Shown: positions 1 through 8,659, counted from the first letter of the stretch. The stretch is DNA of 36,813 nucleotides from a virus (IMGVR_UViG_3300005805_000223:1-36813), one strand, 5' to 3'. The notes: generated by a model from the letters alone, not told the origin. A program made the numbers and translations.

Positions 1-53
1 TCATAAAATATATTAGTAGTAATGAATTTATAACTAAATATACTAATTAATAT

Positions 54-323
54 TCAAGCTTTTATATTATCTATTTTGATTAGCTTAGAGAAGCCTAAAG
101 ATTTGCATAAAGATACAAAACTAAAACAATTTATTTGCATTGTTTCTTTGATATTTTCTATGCTTAAATTATTATATTCACAAGGATTATTAATTCCAGC
201 ACAATATATTAGTCCATTAATATTATTAGCATTAAAACAAATATCAGATTTAAGATCGTGGATTTGTCTATTTAAAGATATTATATCGACATCTAGAAAA
301 TCAAAACAAGATGAACCGATTGT
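54..323 (-). pseudogene. Fragment of a short-chain dehydrogenase/reductase (SDR)-like gene, truncated at both ends
   Basis: Manual translation of an 89-codon stop-free minus frame gives TIGSSCFDFLDVDIISLNRQIHDL...NGLIYCAGINNP...SIENIKETMQINCFSFVSLCKSL. This has the tail of GxxxGIG, an NAG-like CAGI motif and the 'ETMQIN' helix. There is no start, and no catalytic YxxxK. Confidence 0.55.
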
Positions 324-573
324 TTATAAAAATCGTAAGGTATATCCAAAAATTAAAACACTTCAATCATTGAATTTACTCTTAAATAAAGAAACAGTAA
401 GTTTTAAATGTGTTGATGGATATGTTAAACTTACATGTGAAGAAATAAAAGAACTTTATGACTTAGTTGACCAAAAAATACAATCATTATTTGATTTGGA
501 GATGGAATTATATTCAAAAATAGATGATTTCAAAGTTGTGTCTGATTTTAGATCGATTGAAGTTGATCAATAA
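76..573 (+). CDS. DUF4376-like tail-associated protein; only the C-terminal part (about 300-573) is credible
   Basis: The C-terminal PIVYKN...FKCVDGYVKLTCEEIKEL...IQSLFDLEMEL resembles DUF4376. The N-terminal half is the antisense of the SDR-like fragment. Confidence 0.4.
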   Translation: MISLEKPKDLHKDTKLKQFICIVSLIFSMLKLLYSQGLLIPAQYISPLILLALKQISDLRSWICLFKDIISTSRKSKQDEPIVYKNRKVYPKIKTLQSLNLLLNKETVSFKCVDGYVKLTCEEIKELYDLVDQKIQSLFDLEMELYSKIDDFKVVSDFRSIEVDQ

Positions 574-576
574 ATA
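570..576 (+). promoter_or_regulatory. Possible T4-type late promoter (ATAAATA)
   Basis: ATAAATA about 27 bp upstream of the ATG at 603, in an AT-rich context. Confidence 0.4.
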
Positions 577-602
577 AAAATAAAACGAATTAAAAATAAA
601 AA

Positions 603-995
603 ATGGACAAACTTAAAACTCTGGCTATTTTAGATGATAATAATGTTGTAATCAATATAACATGTTACAACTATCTTGAAAATGTAGTTGAATCCAGTAT
701 AGAAACGGGTCTTAATGATAAAGATAATTATCAAAAAATATTACTTACAGCAAATGATCCTTCTATTGGGGATATCTATGATCCTGTGAATAATCGTTTT
801 ATTGGCCCTCAACCATATCCATCGTGGACTTTGGATGATAAAGGCATTTGGCAACCACCAATACCTTGCCCAGAAGAAGAAGTAGGAGTAACATTTTATC
901 TTTGGGATGAGGCTGGTTATCAACAAGATCCAACAACTGGCTGGCAACTAAACTATATTGTGGTCTCACCACAGCCACTAGGAGAAATCATTTAA
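603..995 (+). CDS. Conserved cyanophage hypothetical protein (PQPYPSW...WQPPIP family, usually near tail-fibre genes)
   Basis: Motifs IGDIYDPVNNRFIGPQPYPSWTLDD and WQPPIPCP. Confidence 0.75.
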   Translation: MDKLKTLAILDDNNVVINITCYNYLENVVESSIETGLNDKDNYQKILLTANDPSIGDIYDPVNNRFIGPQPYPSWTLDDKGIWQPPIPCPEEEVGVTFYLWDEAGYQQDPTTGWQLNYIVVSPQPLGEII

Positions 996-1012
996 TCACT
1001 TGGAACAACATA

Positions 1013-1633
1013 ATGGCATTTCAAACAATATGGTATTTTTCGGATTTACCTGAAGAAATTGTAGATATTATTGAAAGAGATCTTACCGAAAAATTTGAAG
1101 ATCAAATGTTAGACTCCAGACTTCATGGAGATGCTCTCAATAAAGATAAAAGGAATTCAAAGAATGCATGGATTCCTACTACAAATTGGATAGGTGGATT
1201 TATATGGCATTACATTCAACGTGCAAATCGTGAAAACTTTTTATATGATCTTCGTTGCATTGATGGAGAATCTATGCAATTTACAAGTTATGAAGAAGGT
1301 GAATTTTATGGTTGGCATAATGATGCGGGCCTTGCAACTCAATATAAACCTATAGGTGTCAATGACTATCAAAATGGCCTTGCACAAGACTTTTTAAATG
1401 AGAATATTGAACTAGTTCGTAAATTGTCATTTGTACTTCAATTGAGTGATCCCGATGATTATGAGGGTGGGAATCTTCAACTATTAGATGAATCTGGGAA
1501 TAGTTATATTGCCCCACGTCAACGTGGAACTATGATTCTGTTTGATTCTCGCACACAACATAGAGTTCTTAAAGTTACAAAAGGTCGCCGTAAATCCCTT
1601 GTTGGATGGACTGTTGGCCCTCGCTGGAAGTGA
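1013..1633 (+). CDS. 2OG-Fe(II) oxygenase (PKHD/prolyl-hydroxylase-like)
   Basis: FYGWHND (HxD), RKLSFVLQLSDPDDYEGG, HRVLKVTKGRRKSLVGW (distal H, RxS). Confidence 0.92.
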   Translation: MAFQTIWYFSDLPEEIVDIIERDLTEKFEDQMLDSRLHGDALNKDKRNSKNAWIPTTNWIGGFIWHYIQRANRENFLYDLRCIDGESMQFTSYEEGEFYGWHNDAGLATQYKPIGVNDYQNGLAQDFLNENIELVRKLSFVLQLSDPDDYEGGNLQLLDESGNSYIAPRQRGTMILFDSRTQHRVLKVTKGRRKSLVGWTVGPRWK

Positions 1634-1641
1634 GGTAAATC

Positions 1642-2334
1642 ATGCCTGAACAAATGTGTGAACTGCAGATGATGTTGCAGGAAAAAAATAATACTGGAAC
1701 TTCAAAAACAAATAATGAAGAGTTTGAAAAAAATGGATATTTGATTGTAAGAAATCTGTGGGATCCACAAGAACTTTATCGCCCTGTTCCCGAACAAAGA
1801 GGTCAAATTACTTACTGGGGTAAAAAATTAGATCAATTTAATTACTGCGAAGTAGAACATCAAGTGGAGGGATCTCTTGCTTGTTATTGGCATCCACAAT
1901 ATAGATCAATACATTCTAGTATTCGTTTAAAATTGGAACAAATACTAGGAAATAAACTTTATAATACCTATTATTATGATCGTTTTTATTTTCCTGGTCA
2001 GGGACTGAATAAACATATGGATCGAGATTCTTGTGAGATTTCTGTGACTGTTAATGTCAGTACGAATCTTCCAGAAGATTGGCCTATTTGGATTAAAACT
2101 CCAGATACTTACATTGACAAAAAGAAAACACAAGTTTCTGTTGCTGGTGAAAATCATTCTGTAATTCTTAATCCTGGAGATGGAATGATCTATAAAGGTT
2201 GTGAAAGACCACACTGGAGAGAAAGAATGCCAATAATATTATCTAATGATAAACATTATTATCATCAAATATTCTTTCATTATGTTCTACAAAATGGCAA
2301 TAGGGCTCATTGCGCTTGGGATAGGGCCAGTTGA
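1642..2334 (+). CDS. 2OG-Fe(II) oxygenase-like protein
   Basis: LNKHMDRDSCEISVT (HxD), PGDGMIYKGCERPHWRE, QIFFHYV. Confidence 0.85.
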   Translation: MPEQMCELQMMLQEKNNTGTSKTNNEEFEKNGYLIVRNLWDPQELYRPVPEQRGQITYWGKKLDQFNYCEVEHQVEGSLACYWHPQYRSIHSSIRLKLEQILGNKLYNTYYYDRFYFPGQGLNKHMDRDSCEISVTVNVSTNLPEDWPIWIKTPDTYIDKKKTQVSVAGENHSVILNPGDGMIYKGCERPHWRERMPIILSNDKHYYHQIFFHYVLQNGNRAHCAWDRAS

Positions 2335-2406
2335 TTGGCTGTCCACCAAACCGTCCTGAGGGACGGTTTTCGGGTATATTGGCCATGTTGAGAGGGATCC
2401 ACCCAC
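2325..2406 (+). promoter_or_regulatory. Early-promoter cassette copy 1
   Basis: GGCCAGTTgattGGCTGTCCAC palindrome; hairpin AAACCGTCC-tgag-GGACGGTTT (2348-2369, terminator-like); TATATT at 2375 followed by GGCCATGTTGAGAGG. Confidence 0.8.
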
Positions 2407-2634
2407 ATGCAACTGACTTCTAAAGACGGCAACATGGTTTGCGACTTCTACCCTGCTGATGGTCTTACTAACAAGTTTGTTCAAGTTACTTCTTTTCAAG
2501 GTAAGGAAATGAGTGAACGCCTTGTTTCCAGACAAGACATGGAATATGGTGTGAACAATCGTATCGATCAGTACGGTTATGAGGTCACTAAGTTTCATAC
2601 CCAACCCCGTGTAAAGTTCATGGTTTGCTGCTGA
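2407..2634 (+). CDS. Hypothetical protein
   Basis: ORF directly after the cassette, GAGAGG RBS. Confidence 0.75.
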   Translation: MQLTSKDGNMVCDFYPADGLTNKFVQVTSFQGKEMSERLVSRQDMEYGVNNRIDQYGYEVTKFHTQPRVKFMVCC

Positions 2635-2789
2635 TGAAAACACCCTACTGGTTTCTTATTGTTATCGCAATTCTCATGTATAATGGTACTATGATCAAAC
2701 GCGATCAAAAGATGTTTGATGCGTATGATCGTCTCTGTGCCCAACTTCCTACTGGGCATCCTGATTGTATATTTGCAAAGACTAAATGA
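2634..2789 (+). CDS. Small hypothetical membrane protein (51 aa)
   Basis: MKTPYWFLIVIAILMYNG...; overlaps both neighbours (TGATG, ATGA); not in ORF track. Confidence 0.7.
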   Translation: MKTPYWFLIVIAILMYNGTMIKRDQKMFDAYDRLCAQLPTGHPDCIFAKTK

Positions 2790-3091
2790 TTATTGCTAGT
2801 TTGATGTGTGGTGTCGCCACATTCTACGGAATGGGTGATGGTTTCCATGGGCAACGTACTGCAAACGGAGAACGATTTGATGCTTATCGTTGGACTGCTG
2901 CTCACCCTCACTTGCCTATGGGAACTAAGATTAGGGTTACAAACCAAGATAATCTCAAACAAGTGATTGTTAGGGTGAATGATCGTGGACCTTATTCTCA
3001 TGCAGATCTAGACTTAAGTTACGCTGCATTTGCTCACATTGCCTCACCACGTCAAGGTAATGCAACTGTTTGTTACAGAGTAATAGGATAA
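2786..3091 (+). CDS. rlpA: RlpA-like double-psi beta-barrel (lytic transglycosylase family)
   Basis: ATFYG...FHGQRTANGERFD...TAAHPHLPMGTKIRVTN...VIVRVNDRGPY...DLSYAAF. Confidence 0.9.
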   Translation: MIIASLMCGVATFYGMGDGFHGQRTANGERFDAYRWTAAHPHLPMGTKIRVTNQDNLKQVIVRVNDRGPYSHADLDLSYAAFAHIASPRQGNATVCYRVIG

Positions 3092-3177
3092 TGGATATTG
3101 TTAATCTTTCTGTTCTAGCCACCTTCATTCTCCTTGTTGGTGGTATAATTTTCTTCTTCAAAGCCATTTACCGATGA
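3091..3177 (+). CDS. 28-aa single-TM peptide
   Basis: MDIVNLSVLATFILLVGGIIFFFKAIYR; stop/start overlaps on both sides. Confidence 0.6.
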   Translation: MDIVNLSVLATFILLVGGIIFFFKAIYR

Positions 3178-3365
3178 CACCTGACACTTACACTTTCACT
3201 GGCGATGCTGTCACCTTCCTTGGTTTGGTTGGTGTTGCTTCGGCACTTCTCATTACTGTCGTTGCCTTTCGTCGATTCTTCAATAGTCCCTATAACATTC
3301 GTTACAAACCCATGACCCCTGTGACAGTTGAGGAACCGGCCACAGAGGACGCCGCGGACGCCTAG
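3174..3365 (+). CDS. Small membrane protein
   Basis: TM segment FLGLVGVASALLITVVAF; C-terminus is read through cassette 2. Confidence 0.7.
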   Translation: MTPDTYTFTGDAVTFLGLVGVASALLITVVAFRRFFNSPYNIRYKPMTPVTVEEPATEDAADA

Positions 3366-3399
3366 GCCTGGTATATTAGCCATGTTGAGAGGAACACCC
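3321..3399 (+). promoter_or_regulatory. Early-promoter cassette copy 2
   Basis: GTGACAGTTgaggAACCGGCCAC; TATATT at 3372 followed by AGCCATGTTGAGAGG. Confidence 0.8.
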
Positions 3400-3699
3400 G
3401 TGACCGACTTCATTTGTGTCTACTTTGGATGTGTCAGTTCTCCCGCCTTTGGTGGTCAAGAGCCTAATGGTAAGTGGTGGAGCATCACTGCCCGTGGTTT
3501 TGCTTCTGCCCGTGACGCTGAGAAACACGGTCTCTTCATGATGCCCACTGCTGGTGTGTTTGGTTTCGCTGTCATCAAAGAGACTGATAACACTTGGGAG
3601 GTGATTGACAACAACTCCATGTTGCCTCCCAATGTTTCCATCGGCACTGATGGTAACACTTTCTCTGTCCAACCTGCTCCTAAACTCCAACTGGTTTGA
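3400..3699 (+). CDS. Hypothetical protein (GTG start after the cassette)
   Basis: In frame with track ORF 3328..3699; start moved to the GTG after the GAGAGG RBS. Confidence 0.65.
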   Translation: MTDFICVYFGCVSSPAFGGQEPNGKWWSITARGFASARDAEKHGLFMMPTAGVFGFAVIKETDNTWEVIDNNSMLPPNVSIGTDGNTFSVQPAPKLQLV

Positions 3700-3701
3700 T
3701 C

Positions 3702-3857
3702 ATGAAAGACGACACTCAAACTGCACAAATCCGTCGTACTATTCTCAAGAGTATTGAAACAATGGACACTGAGATGTTGAAACGCATTGCATATGAATGC
3801 CGTTGCGAAGAGATGGGCATCCATCCTGACATGAAGTTCTGTTACACTGAACCCTGA
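3702..3857 (+). CDS. Hypothetical protein (51 aa)
   Basis: MKDDTQTAQIRRTILKSIETMDTEMLKRIAYECRCEEMG...; fills the gap; not in track. Confidence 0.7.
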   Translation: MKDDTQTAQIRRTILKSIETMDTEMLKRIAYECRCEEMGIHPDMKFCYTEP

Positions 3858-3858
3858 G

Positions 3859-3942
3859 GTGGACAGCCACCTGGCTGGCCACCATCCCCGCCGATGGGGG
3901 CCAGATCGGGTATATTAGCCATGTTGAGAGGGATCACCCCAC
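3859..3942 (+). promoter_or_regulatory. Early-promoter cassette copy 3
   Basis: GTGGACAGCCacctGGCTGGCCAC; TCGGGTATATTAGCCATGTTGAGAGGGATC is nearly identical to copy 1. Confidence 0.85.
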
Positions 3943-4179
3943 ATGCCGTTCCACACCATGTCCATCGAGGATCGTGAGATGTTCGCGTACAACCGCACCT
4001 ATGAGCAAGTGAAAGCAGAACGTGATCGTGTTCTTGCTCAACCAGAAACCCGCATTAAGTATTGCTTTGAGTTCCTGAAGTCCTACATTTCCAGTGGCGA
4101 TGAGATGTCTGCCAAGAAGTGTTACGATGGCATCGCAAAGTACAGTGACAATCTTGACTGGAGTGAAGCTCACTACTGA
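3943..4179 (+). CDS. Hypothetical protein
   Basis: ORF after the cassette, coupled to the next gene. Confidence 0.75.
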   Translation: MPFHTMSIEDREMFAYNRTYEQVKAERDRVLAQPETRIKYCFEFLKSYISSGDEMSAKKCYDGIAKYSDNLDWSEAHY

Positions 4180-4427
4180 TGACTGAACCTACCTGGAACG
4201 ACTTCTGGACCAACGACGAAATCCCTAACATGATCTTCCTTCACTCCACAAATCACGGTTGCATCTATTCTGTTTGCGAGGAGGGTGAGTTGTACTATGC
4301 CCCTCTTTACGCCAATGGTTCTTTCAACATCCGTGAACTTGAACCTGTTGACATGGCCACTATTGACATGGATGAGATGGAGGTTTATGATATTCGAGAT
4401 CGTTTGATTGCAATGTCAAACGTTTGA
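4179..4427 (+). CDS. Hypothetical acidic protein
   Basis: TGATG coupling. Confidence 0.75.
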   Translation: MTEPTWNDFWTNDEIPNMIFLHSTNHGCIYSVCEEGELYYAPLYANGSFNIRELEPVDMATIDMDEMEVYDIRDRLIAMSNV

Positions 4428-4465
4428 CCTTTCGTTCTACATACAAACAACACTTTTAACAAACA

Positions 4466-4837
4466 ATGGCAACCCGTTCCCGCATTGGTTATCAACTCAA
4501 AGATGGCTCTATCGTCAGTGTTTATCATCACTGGGATGGTTATCCTGATGGTCTTGGTAAGTATCTGGTCAACAACTTCACTGATGTTGATGATGTCCGT
4601 GAGTTGATTGATGGTGGTGATATGAGCACCTGCATGACTGATAATGGTGAACCTGAGTATTACAGTCTCCGTGGTGATCGCAACGTTGAACCACAACTGT
4701 CGATCAATGAGACTGCATATCATACTCTCACCGATGATGTGACTGGTGAGTATGCATATACCTTTGTCAATGGTACTTGGACGTGTTATGATGTGAATGG
4801 TCGTAAATATGTTTCCCTGTATGAGGTGGCCGCATGA
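4466..4837 (+). CDS. Conserved phage hypothetical protein (MATRSRIG...YHHWDGYP family)
   Basis: Widespread phage motif SVYHHWDGYPDGLG...EYAYTF. Confidence 0.85.
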   Translation: MATRSRIGYQLKDGSIVSVYHHWDGYPDGLGKYLVNNFTDVDDVRELIDGGDMSTCMTDNGEPEYYSLRGDRNVEPQLSINETAYHTLTDDVTGEYAYTFVNGTWTCYDVNGRKYVSLYEVAA

Positions 4838-5220
4838 AACTGAAAGAAACTGAAACTACTGAAGGTCGTCCTGTGATTAAGGGCTCTGATGAGTATTGGA
4901 AGACTGAGTTCCGCAAACAACGTAAAGATCGTCTGCAAGACTCTGTTGATGAGTACCTGCAAGACGGTGAAATTAATGATTTCTACAACGATCTCACTGA
5001 TGCAATTCAGTCACTGATTGATTATCATGAGAAACAGAAAGAGTATGCCGTGACTGCAATGAAAGCCGTTAGTGGTCATCGCCCTCTGCAAATGCAACAG
5101 GATGTTCCTGATGCTGAGAATGATCTGTATTTCCGTCGCAAGTACAATCTTGCAGAAGCCGAATACTATGACAAACGTGCTCAACTTGATGGGCAACAAC
5201 AAATCCCTGCACGATACTGA
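4834..5220 (+). CDS. Hypothetical protein
   Basis: ATGA overlap, coding-like composition. Confidence 0.75.
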   Translation: MKLKETETTEGRPVIKGSDEYWKTEFRKQRKDRLQDSVDEYLQDGEINDFYNDLTDAIQSLIDYHEKQKEYAVTAMKAVSGHRPLQMQQDVPDAENDLYFRRKYNLAEAEYYDKRAQLDGQQQIPARY

Positions 5221-5221
5221 T

Positions 5222-5431
5222 ATGGCCCGTGCTGATCTGTACAATGAGGTCTTGAAGTTCTACAAACACGACAAAGTTGGGTCTCTACGTCATGCACTGA
5301 CACAAGTCAATAATTGCCTTGATGCCATTACTGGTCTAGACTATGAAAACTATCTCAAAAACAACCTTGTCAAAGTCCAAGTTGAGCTTACCAGACAACT
5401 TTCATGCGCCACCGGCCAATCACAAGTATAG
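5222..5431 (+). CDS. Hypothetical protein (MARADLYNEV...ELTRQL)
   Basis: Start moved to the ATG right after the preceding stop. Confidence 0.65.
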   Translation: MARADLYNEVLKFYKHDKVGSLRHALTQVNNCLDAITGLDYENYLKNNLVKVQVELTRQLSCATGQSQV

Positions 5432-5672
5432 TGTTGAAGAGTTCAATTCAAAGTTTCACATCATCAAACTAATTCACCCAGACATCTACACTTACACTAC
5501 TAAACAAGTGTGGACTGTCTGGGGTTTTATTTCTAAGAAGACTGGTAACTTTCATGCACCCATCAACGCCAAAACACCAGGAGATGAGGTATCATGGCCA
5601 ACCACAGCATACACCTCCATGCGGCCGCCAGTGCAAAGAACACTATCAGTGTCCGTCCTGGATTTCTGCTAA
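5343..5672 (+). CDS. Cyanophage hypothetical protein (VWGFI...FHAPINAKTPG); true start uncertain
   Basis: Fills the gap; the 5' part overlaps the previous gene. Confidence 0.6.
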   Translation: MKTISKTTLSKSKLSLPDNFHAPPANHKYSVEEFNSKFHIIKLIHPDIYTYTTKQVWTVWGFISKKTGNFHAPINAKTPGDEVSWPTTAYTSMRPPVQRTLSVSVLDFC

Positions 5673-5701
5673 TTTAGAAATTTTATCCAGAGTTAATCTC
5701 A

Positions 5702-6097
5702 ATGACTTACAAAGCAACTCTCAAAGTCCACTTTGATGCTGAATGGTCTTCTACCCATTACAGTAGTGGTTTTGATGATACATGTCTTCCAGAAGAGCAT
5801 TATACTTTTCAGGTCCCTGCTGAAGACCTTAACGTCTATCAACTGTTCCGTTTCTTCGCAACTGTTGCACGTGCAATGGGACACGATGAGATCAACATTA
5901 TGAAGGGTGGTTGTGGTCTTGCATTTGGTGAAGAGAGAAGTGTGGAAAATATGCGTAAGGTTGCTGATGAGTTTGAACTGACTTTGGGTGAGGACTTGAA
6001 AAGTAAGTTTGATGATATGCGAGAGGCAGAAGCAGAATGGGAACGCCTTAAAAAAGGTCCGATGGGTACTGTTGTTGAAGAGGAGACAGAAGAATGA
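5702..6097 (+). CDS. Hypothetical protein
   Basis: First of a chain of translationally coupled ORFs. Confidence 0.75.
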   Translation: MTYKATLKVHFDAEWSSTHYSSGFDDTCLPEEHYTFQVPAEDLNVYQLFRFFATVARAMGHDEINIMKGGCGLAFGEERSVENMRKVADEFELTLGEDLKSKFDDMREAEAEWERLKKGPMGTVVEEETEE

Positions 6098-6363
6098 AAC
6101 TCATTCAATTTGGCACTCGCCAAGACTACGGTACAGAGTATTATATGACTGTACTCACAACTAAAAGTTATTCTCTACTTCAGGTGGCATTTGACGTTGG
6201 TGAATATGGCAATTGGATCGAATGGCCATATCTTCAAATCTCTATGGGATATGGTAGACTGTTTGCATTCTTATTCTCTCTTGGTAAGTTAGGATTTTCT
6301 TTTGACATCTGTGGTAGGAACTGGCGTGATGAATTGTTCTATGTTCAACCAGAACAACTATGA
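6094..6363 (+). CDS. Hypothetical protein
   Basis: ATGA overlaps. Confidence 0.7.
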   Translation: MKLIQFGTRQDYGTEYYMTVLTTKSYSLLQVAFDVGEYGNWIEWPYLQISMGYGRLFAFLFSLGKLGFSFDICGRNWRDELFYVQPEQL

Positions 6364-6689
6364 ACTGGTTTGAGTATTACATCGGTCATTGTTGGATGTC
6401 TGGTTGGCAGAGCATCAAACATTCATTCCAAAACTGGGCAGATCTAATGACTGGTAACTGGAAAGATTATGGGCTCATGTTCTATGATGATCCATATGAA
6501 GAGTGTTATAGTTGCTTCTGGTCTTACCTGGGTGATGATGACACTCTATCAAAAGAGTTTCTTGAACATCTACAGGAAATGATAGATCGTATTGAGCGTG
6601 GTGAAGAAGAACTCATCCCTATGGATGAAGAATTCATGAATAGATTAAAGGATCTTACTGATGGAGTGGAGTTAGATGATGATGACTAA
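6360..6689 (+). CDS. Hypothetical acidic, Trp-rich protein
   Basis: ATGA overlap. Confidence 0.75.
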   Translation: MNWFEYYIGHCWMSGWQSIKHSFQNWADLMTGNWKDYGLMFYDDPYEECYSCFWSYLGDDDTLSKEFLEHLQEMIDRIERGEEELIPMDEEFMNRLKDLTDGVELDDDD

Positions 6690-6849
6690 ACCACAGAAAC
6701 TGATGCACATCTCCCGTGCCATTGATGCTCATGGAGTTCATCATCTTGATGCCATTGATGAATTTGGACGCCACTGGTATGCTACAATGCAACAGAAAGA
6801 AGAAAGTTGGTTGACCTATATTCAACACTGGGAATTGAGGATACATTGA
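6682..6849 (+). CDS. Hypothetical protein (55 aa)
   Basis: MTKPQKLMHISRAIDAHGVHHLDAIDEFGRHWYA...; TGATG-coupled to the next gene; not in track. Confidence 0.65.
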   Translation: MTKPQKLMHISRAIDAHGVHHLDAIDEFGRHWYATMQQKEESWLTYIQHWELRIH

Positions 6850-7037
6850 TGAGCCGTTTCACTGAAAACCCCGATGAAATTGTTCTCCAAGACATTCAAA
6901 TGTTTCACCTGGAAAGTATGAATGAACGCACACTTTGGATTGGTGTGTATACCAAAGACGATAAAATCTATCACTTGAATATTTCTGCGGATGGTGATAA
7001 ACTGAGGTACTATTGGAGTGATGAGACCTGTGACTGA
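6849..7037 (+). CDS. Hypothetical protein (MSRFTENPDEIVL...)
   Basis: Start moved to the coupled ATG. Confidence 0.7.
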   Translation: MSRFTENPDEIVLQDIQMFHLESMNERTLWIGVYTKDDKIYHLNISADGDKLRYYWSDETCD

Positions 7038-7182
7038 TGAACAAATTGAAATGCTTCGCCGTCTTATTCAAGATGAGATTGAAGTTGCTGGTGTTGATGG
7101 TATGGAACACGGTGTCTGGGGTTTTATGGACAGTCAATTAGACAAACGTTGGAAAGAGTTTCAGGAGAGTTTTAATGACTGA
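7030..7182 (+). CDS. Hypothetical protein (50 aa, GTG start)
   Basis: (M)TDEQIEMLRRLIQDEIE...; fills the gap; not in track. Confidence 0.6.
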   Translation: MTDEQIEMLRRLIQDEIEVAGVDGMEHGVWGFMDSQLDKRWKEFQESFND

Positions 7183-7360
7183 CTATAATATGCCCAACGG
7201 TGATTTCATCAAGAGTTATCCTGATGTCACCCGTGTAGAGGTCATCACCAATAACGGAAGAGAATTTGTACGTTATGAATGTTCTAACGTTCAAGTGTCA
7301 CTCCAAGATGACGGGCAAACAATCAAAGTATTTCTTTTTTCGACGTATGACAATTCCTAA
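7175..7360 (+). CDS. Hypothetical protein (VTRVEVI...GREFV...SLQDDGQTIKVF family)
   Basis: Recurrent phage motif. Confidence 0.75.
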   Translation: MTDYNMPNGDFIKSYPDVTRVEVITNNGREFVRYECSNVQVSLQDDGQTIKVFLFSTYDNS

Positions 7361-7688
7361 TTTCAAATCTAACCAAGACTGGGAAGTATTCACATCACTG
7401 TTTGATGCGCGCTGGCATTGTAAGAAAGCCCTATTAGATCGTGTAAAGGATGATATGTATCCTGGTTATAATTGGGATGCACTTCAACCTAAAGCACTTG
7501 AAGTAATCAATGACATGGTACAATCTCTATTGTATGATGTAGAGATAGAGTTTGAAGAGAAGTATCCTGAATACAAACGTGATGCAGATGATATCTTCAT
7601 TCCCCGTAAATCATTCAAAGAAAATGTAACTGAAGCCCTTCTAGAGGCAAATCAAAAGTTCTGGAATAACGCAAACGAAGAAGAATGA
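7347..7688 (+). CDS. Hypothetical protein (MTIPNFKSNQDWE...)
   Basis: Start moved within track ORF 7266..7688. Confidence 0.7.
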   Translation: MTIPNFKSNQDWEVFTSLFDARWHCKKALLDRVKDDMYPGYNWDALQPKALEVINDMVQSLLYDVEIEFEEKYPEYKRDADDIFIPRKSFKENVTEALLEANQKFWNNANEEE

Positions 7689-7975
7689 CTTATTCTCCAG
7701 TTGTCAATGATTATGTTATTTGGAATAAAGGTGCCTATAGTGTAGAAGGATGGGTTTATTTCAAGGATAAGGAGTATATTACTATAGAGACTAAAGTATG
7801 GCCTAAACATCCTGAAGATGCACTTAAAGGTACATTTCACCAGAATCAAAGAGTTCTTGTAATCTGTTATCCTCAATTCTGGAAAGACCTTCAATACATT
7901 CAAAGCCGTCATAGTATTGATGCACCAGAAGAAGAGTATTATGTAAAAGAGAACGTTTTGTATTCTTATAAGTAA
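7685..7975 (+). CDS. Cyanophage hypothetical protein (YSPVVNDYVIW...EGWVYFK)
   Basis: ATGA overlap; last gene before the non-coding gap. Confidence 0.75.
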   Translation: MTYSPVVNDYVIWNKGAYSVEGWVYFKDKEYITIETKVWPKHPEDALKGTFHQNQRVLVICYPQFWKDLQYIQSRHSIDAPEEEYYVKENVLYSYK

Positions 7976-8081
7976 AAGGTTCCCCTTGGGAGAATATATT
8001 TTAATAAAGCCTTTTTTAAATTAAGCCGTGAAAAAGCCTTGTATGCGTATAGAAGCATAAAGACTTAAGGCTCATAGAGAC

Positions 8082-8158
8082 TTAAGTGACTTTAAAGCCT
8101 GGGCCTTATAGTCTCTTTAAGTGCCTTTAAAGCCTGGGCCTTATAGTCTCTTTAAGTG
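8082..8158. repeat. 35-bp tandem repeat, 2.2 copies
   Basis: TTAAGTG(A/C)CTTTAAAGCCTGGGCCTTATAGTCTCT at 8082-8116 and 8117-8151 (1 mismatch), plus TTAAGTG; CCTTATAGTCT recurs at 8271. Confidence 0.95.
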
Positions 8159-8195
8159 TTTATAAATGTGCCAGGTTCTTGTGGTCTAAGCGCGC

Positions 8196-8224
8196 ATTGT
8201 ACCGCGAGAGACCATAAAAGTCAA
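8196..8224 (-). promoter_or_regulatory. Leftward sigma70-type promoter
   Basis: Minus strand reads TTGACT-17 bp-TACAAT; no ORF downstream. Confidence 0.65.
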
Positions 8225-8290
8225 GAGCCCCCACAAAAACCCACCGAGACCCACACAAAATCACACAGAACCTTATAGTCTATCATACCC

Positions 8291-8640
8291 TTCGCAGTAC
8301 TTCGCGGTACATATGGCCACTTCGGGAACTGGTCGCAGTATATTGCCTGCGCAGGGGCCTGCGTGTAGACTAGGGGCCTGCGGGTGGGGAACTATATACC
8401 GCGCAGGGGATATACCGCGTCGCGCAGGGTATTTACTGCGTGCCCTGCGTCCTTGTGGCTAGGTCTGGCGCAGTATATTAACTGCGTGTGTATAAGCAAG
8501 AATGTGTGTATATACTGCGCTTCACCCCACTCACCCCTACCCGCACCATATATGTGTGTGGGTTATATACTGCGCAGGCATTTACATAGGTCCACCACAC
8601 CTACCCATACGCAGTATATGTGTAATATTATATACTTCGT
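8291..8640. repeat. Cluster of about 10 TACYGCG / CGCRGTA motifs on both strands, often extended to TATACYGCG
   Basis: Examples: cgcagtac, cgcggtac, cgcagtatat, tatataccgcg (twice), tttactgcg, gcgcagtatattaactgcg, tatatactgcgc (twice), cgcagtatat. Confidence 0.8.
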
Positions 8641-8659
8641 GTGTTTATGTGGCAAGGGC

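Noticed and set aside
8082-8158. Possible mini-CRISPR array
   Set aside because: The repeats are directly adjacent with no spacers, and there are no cas genes.
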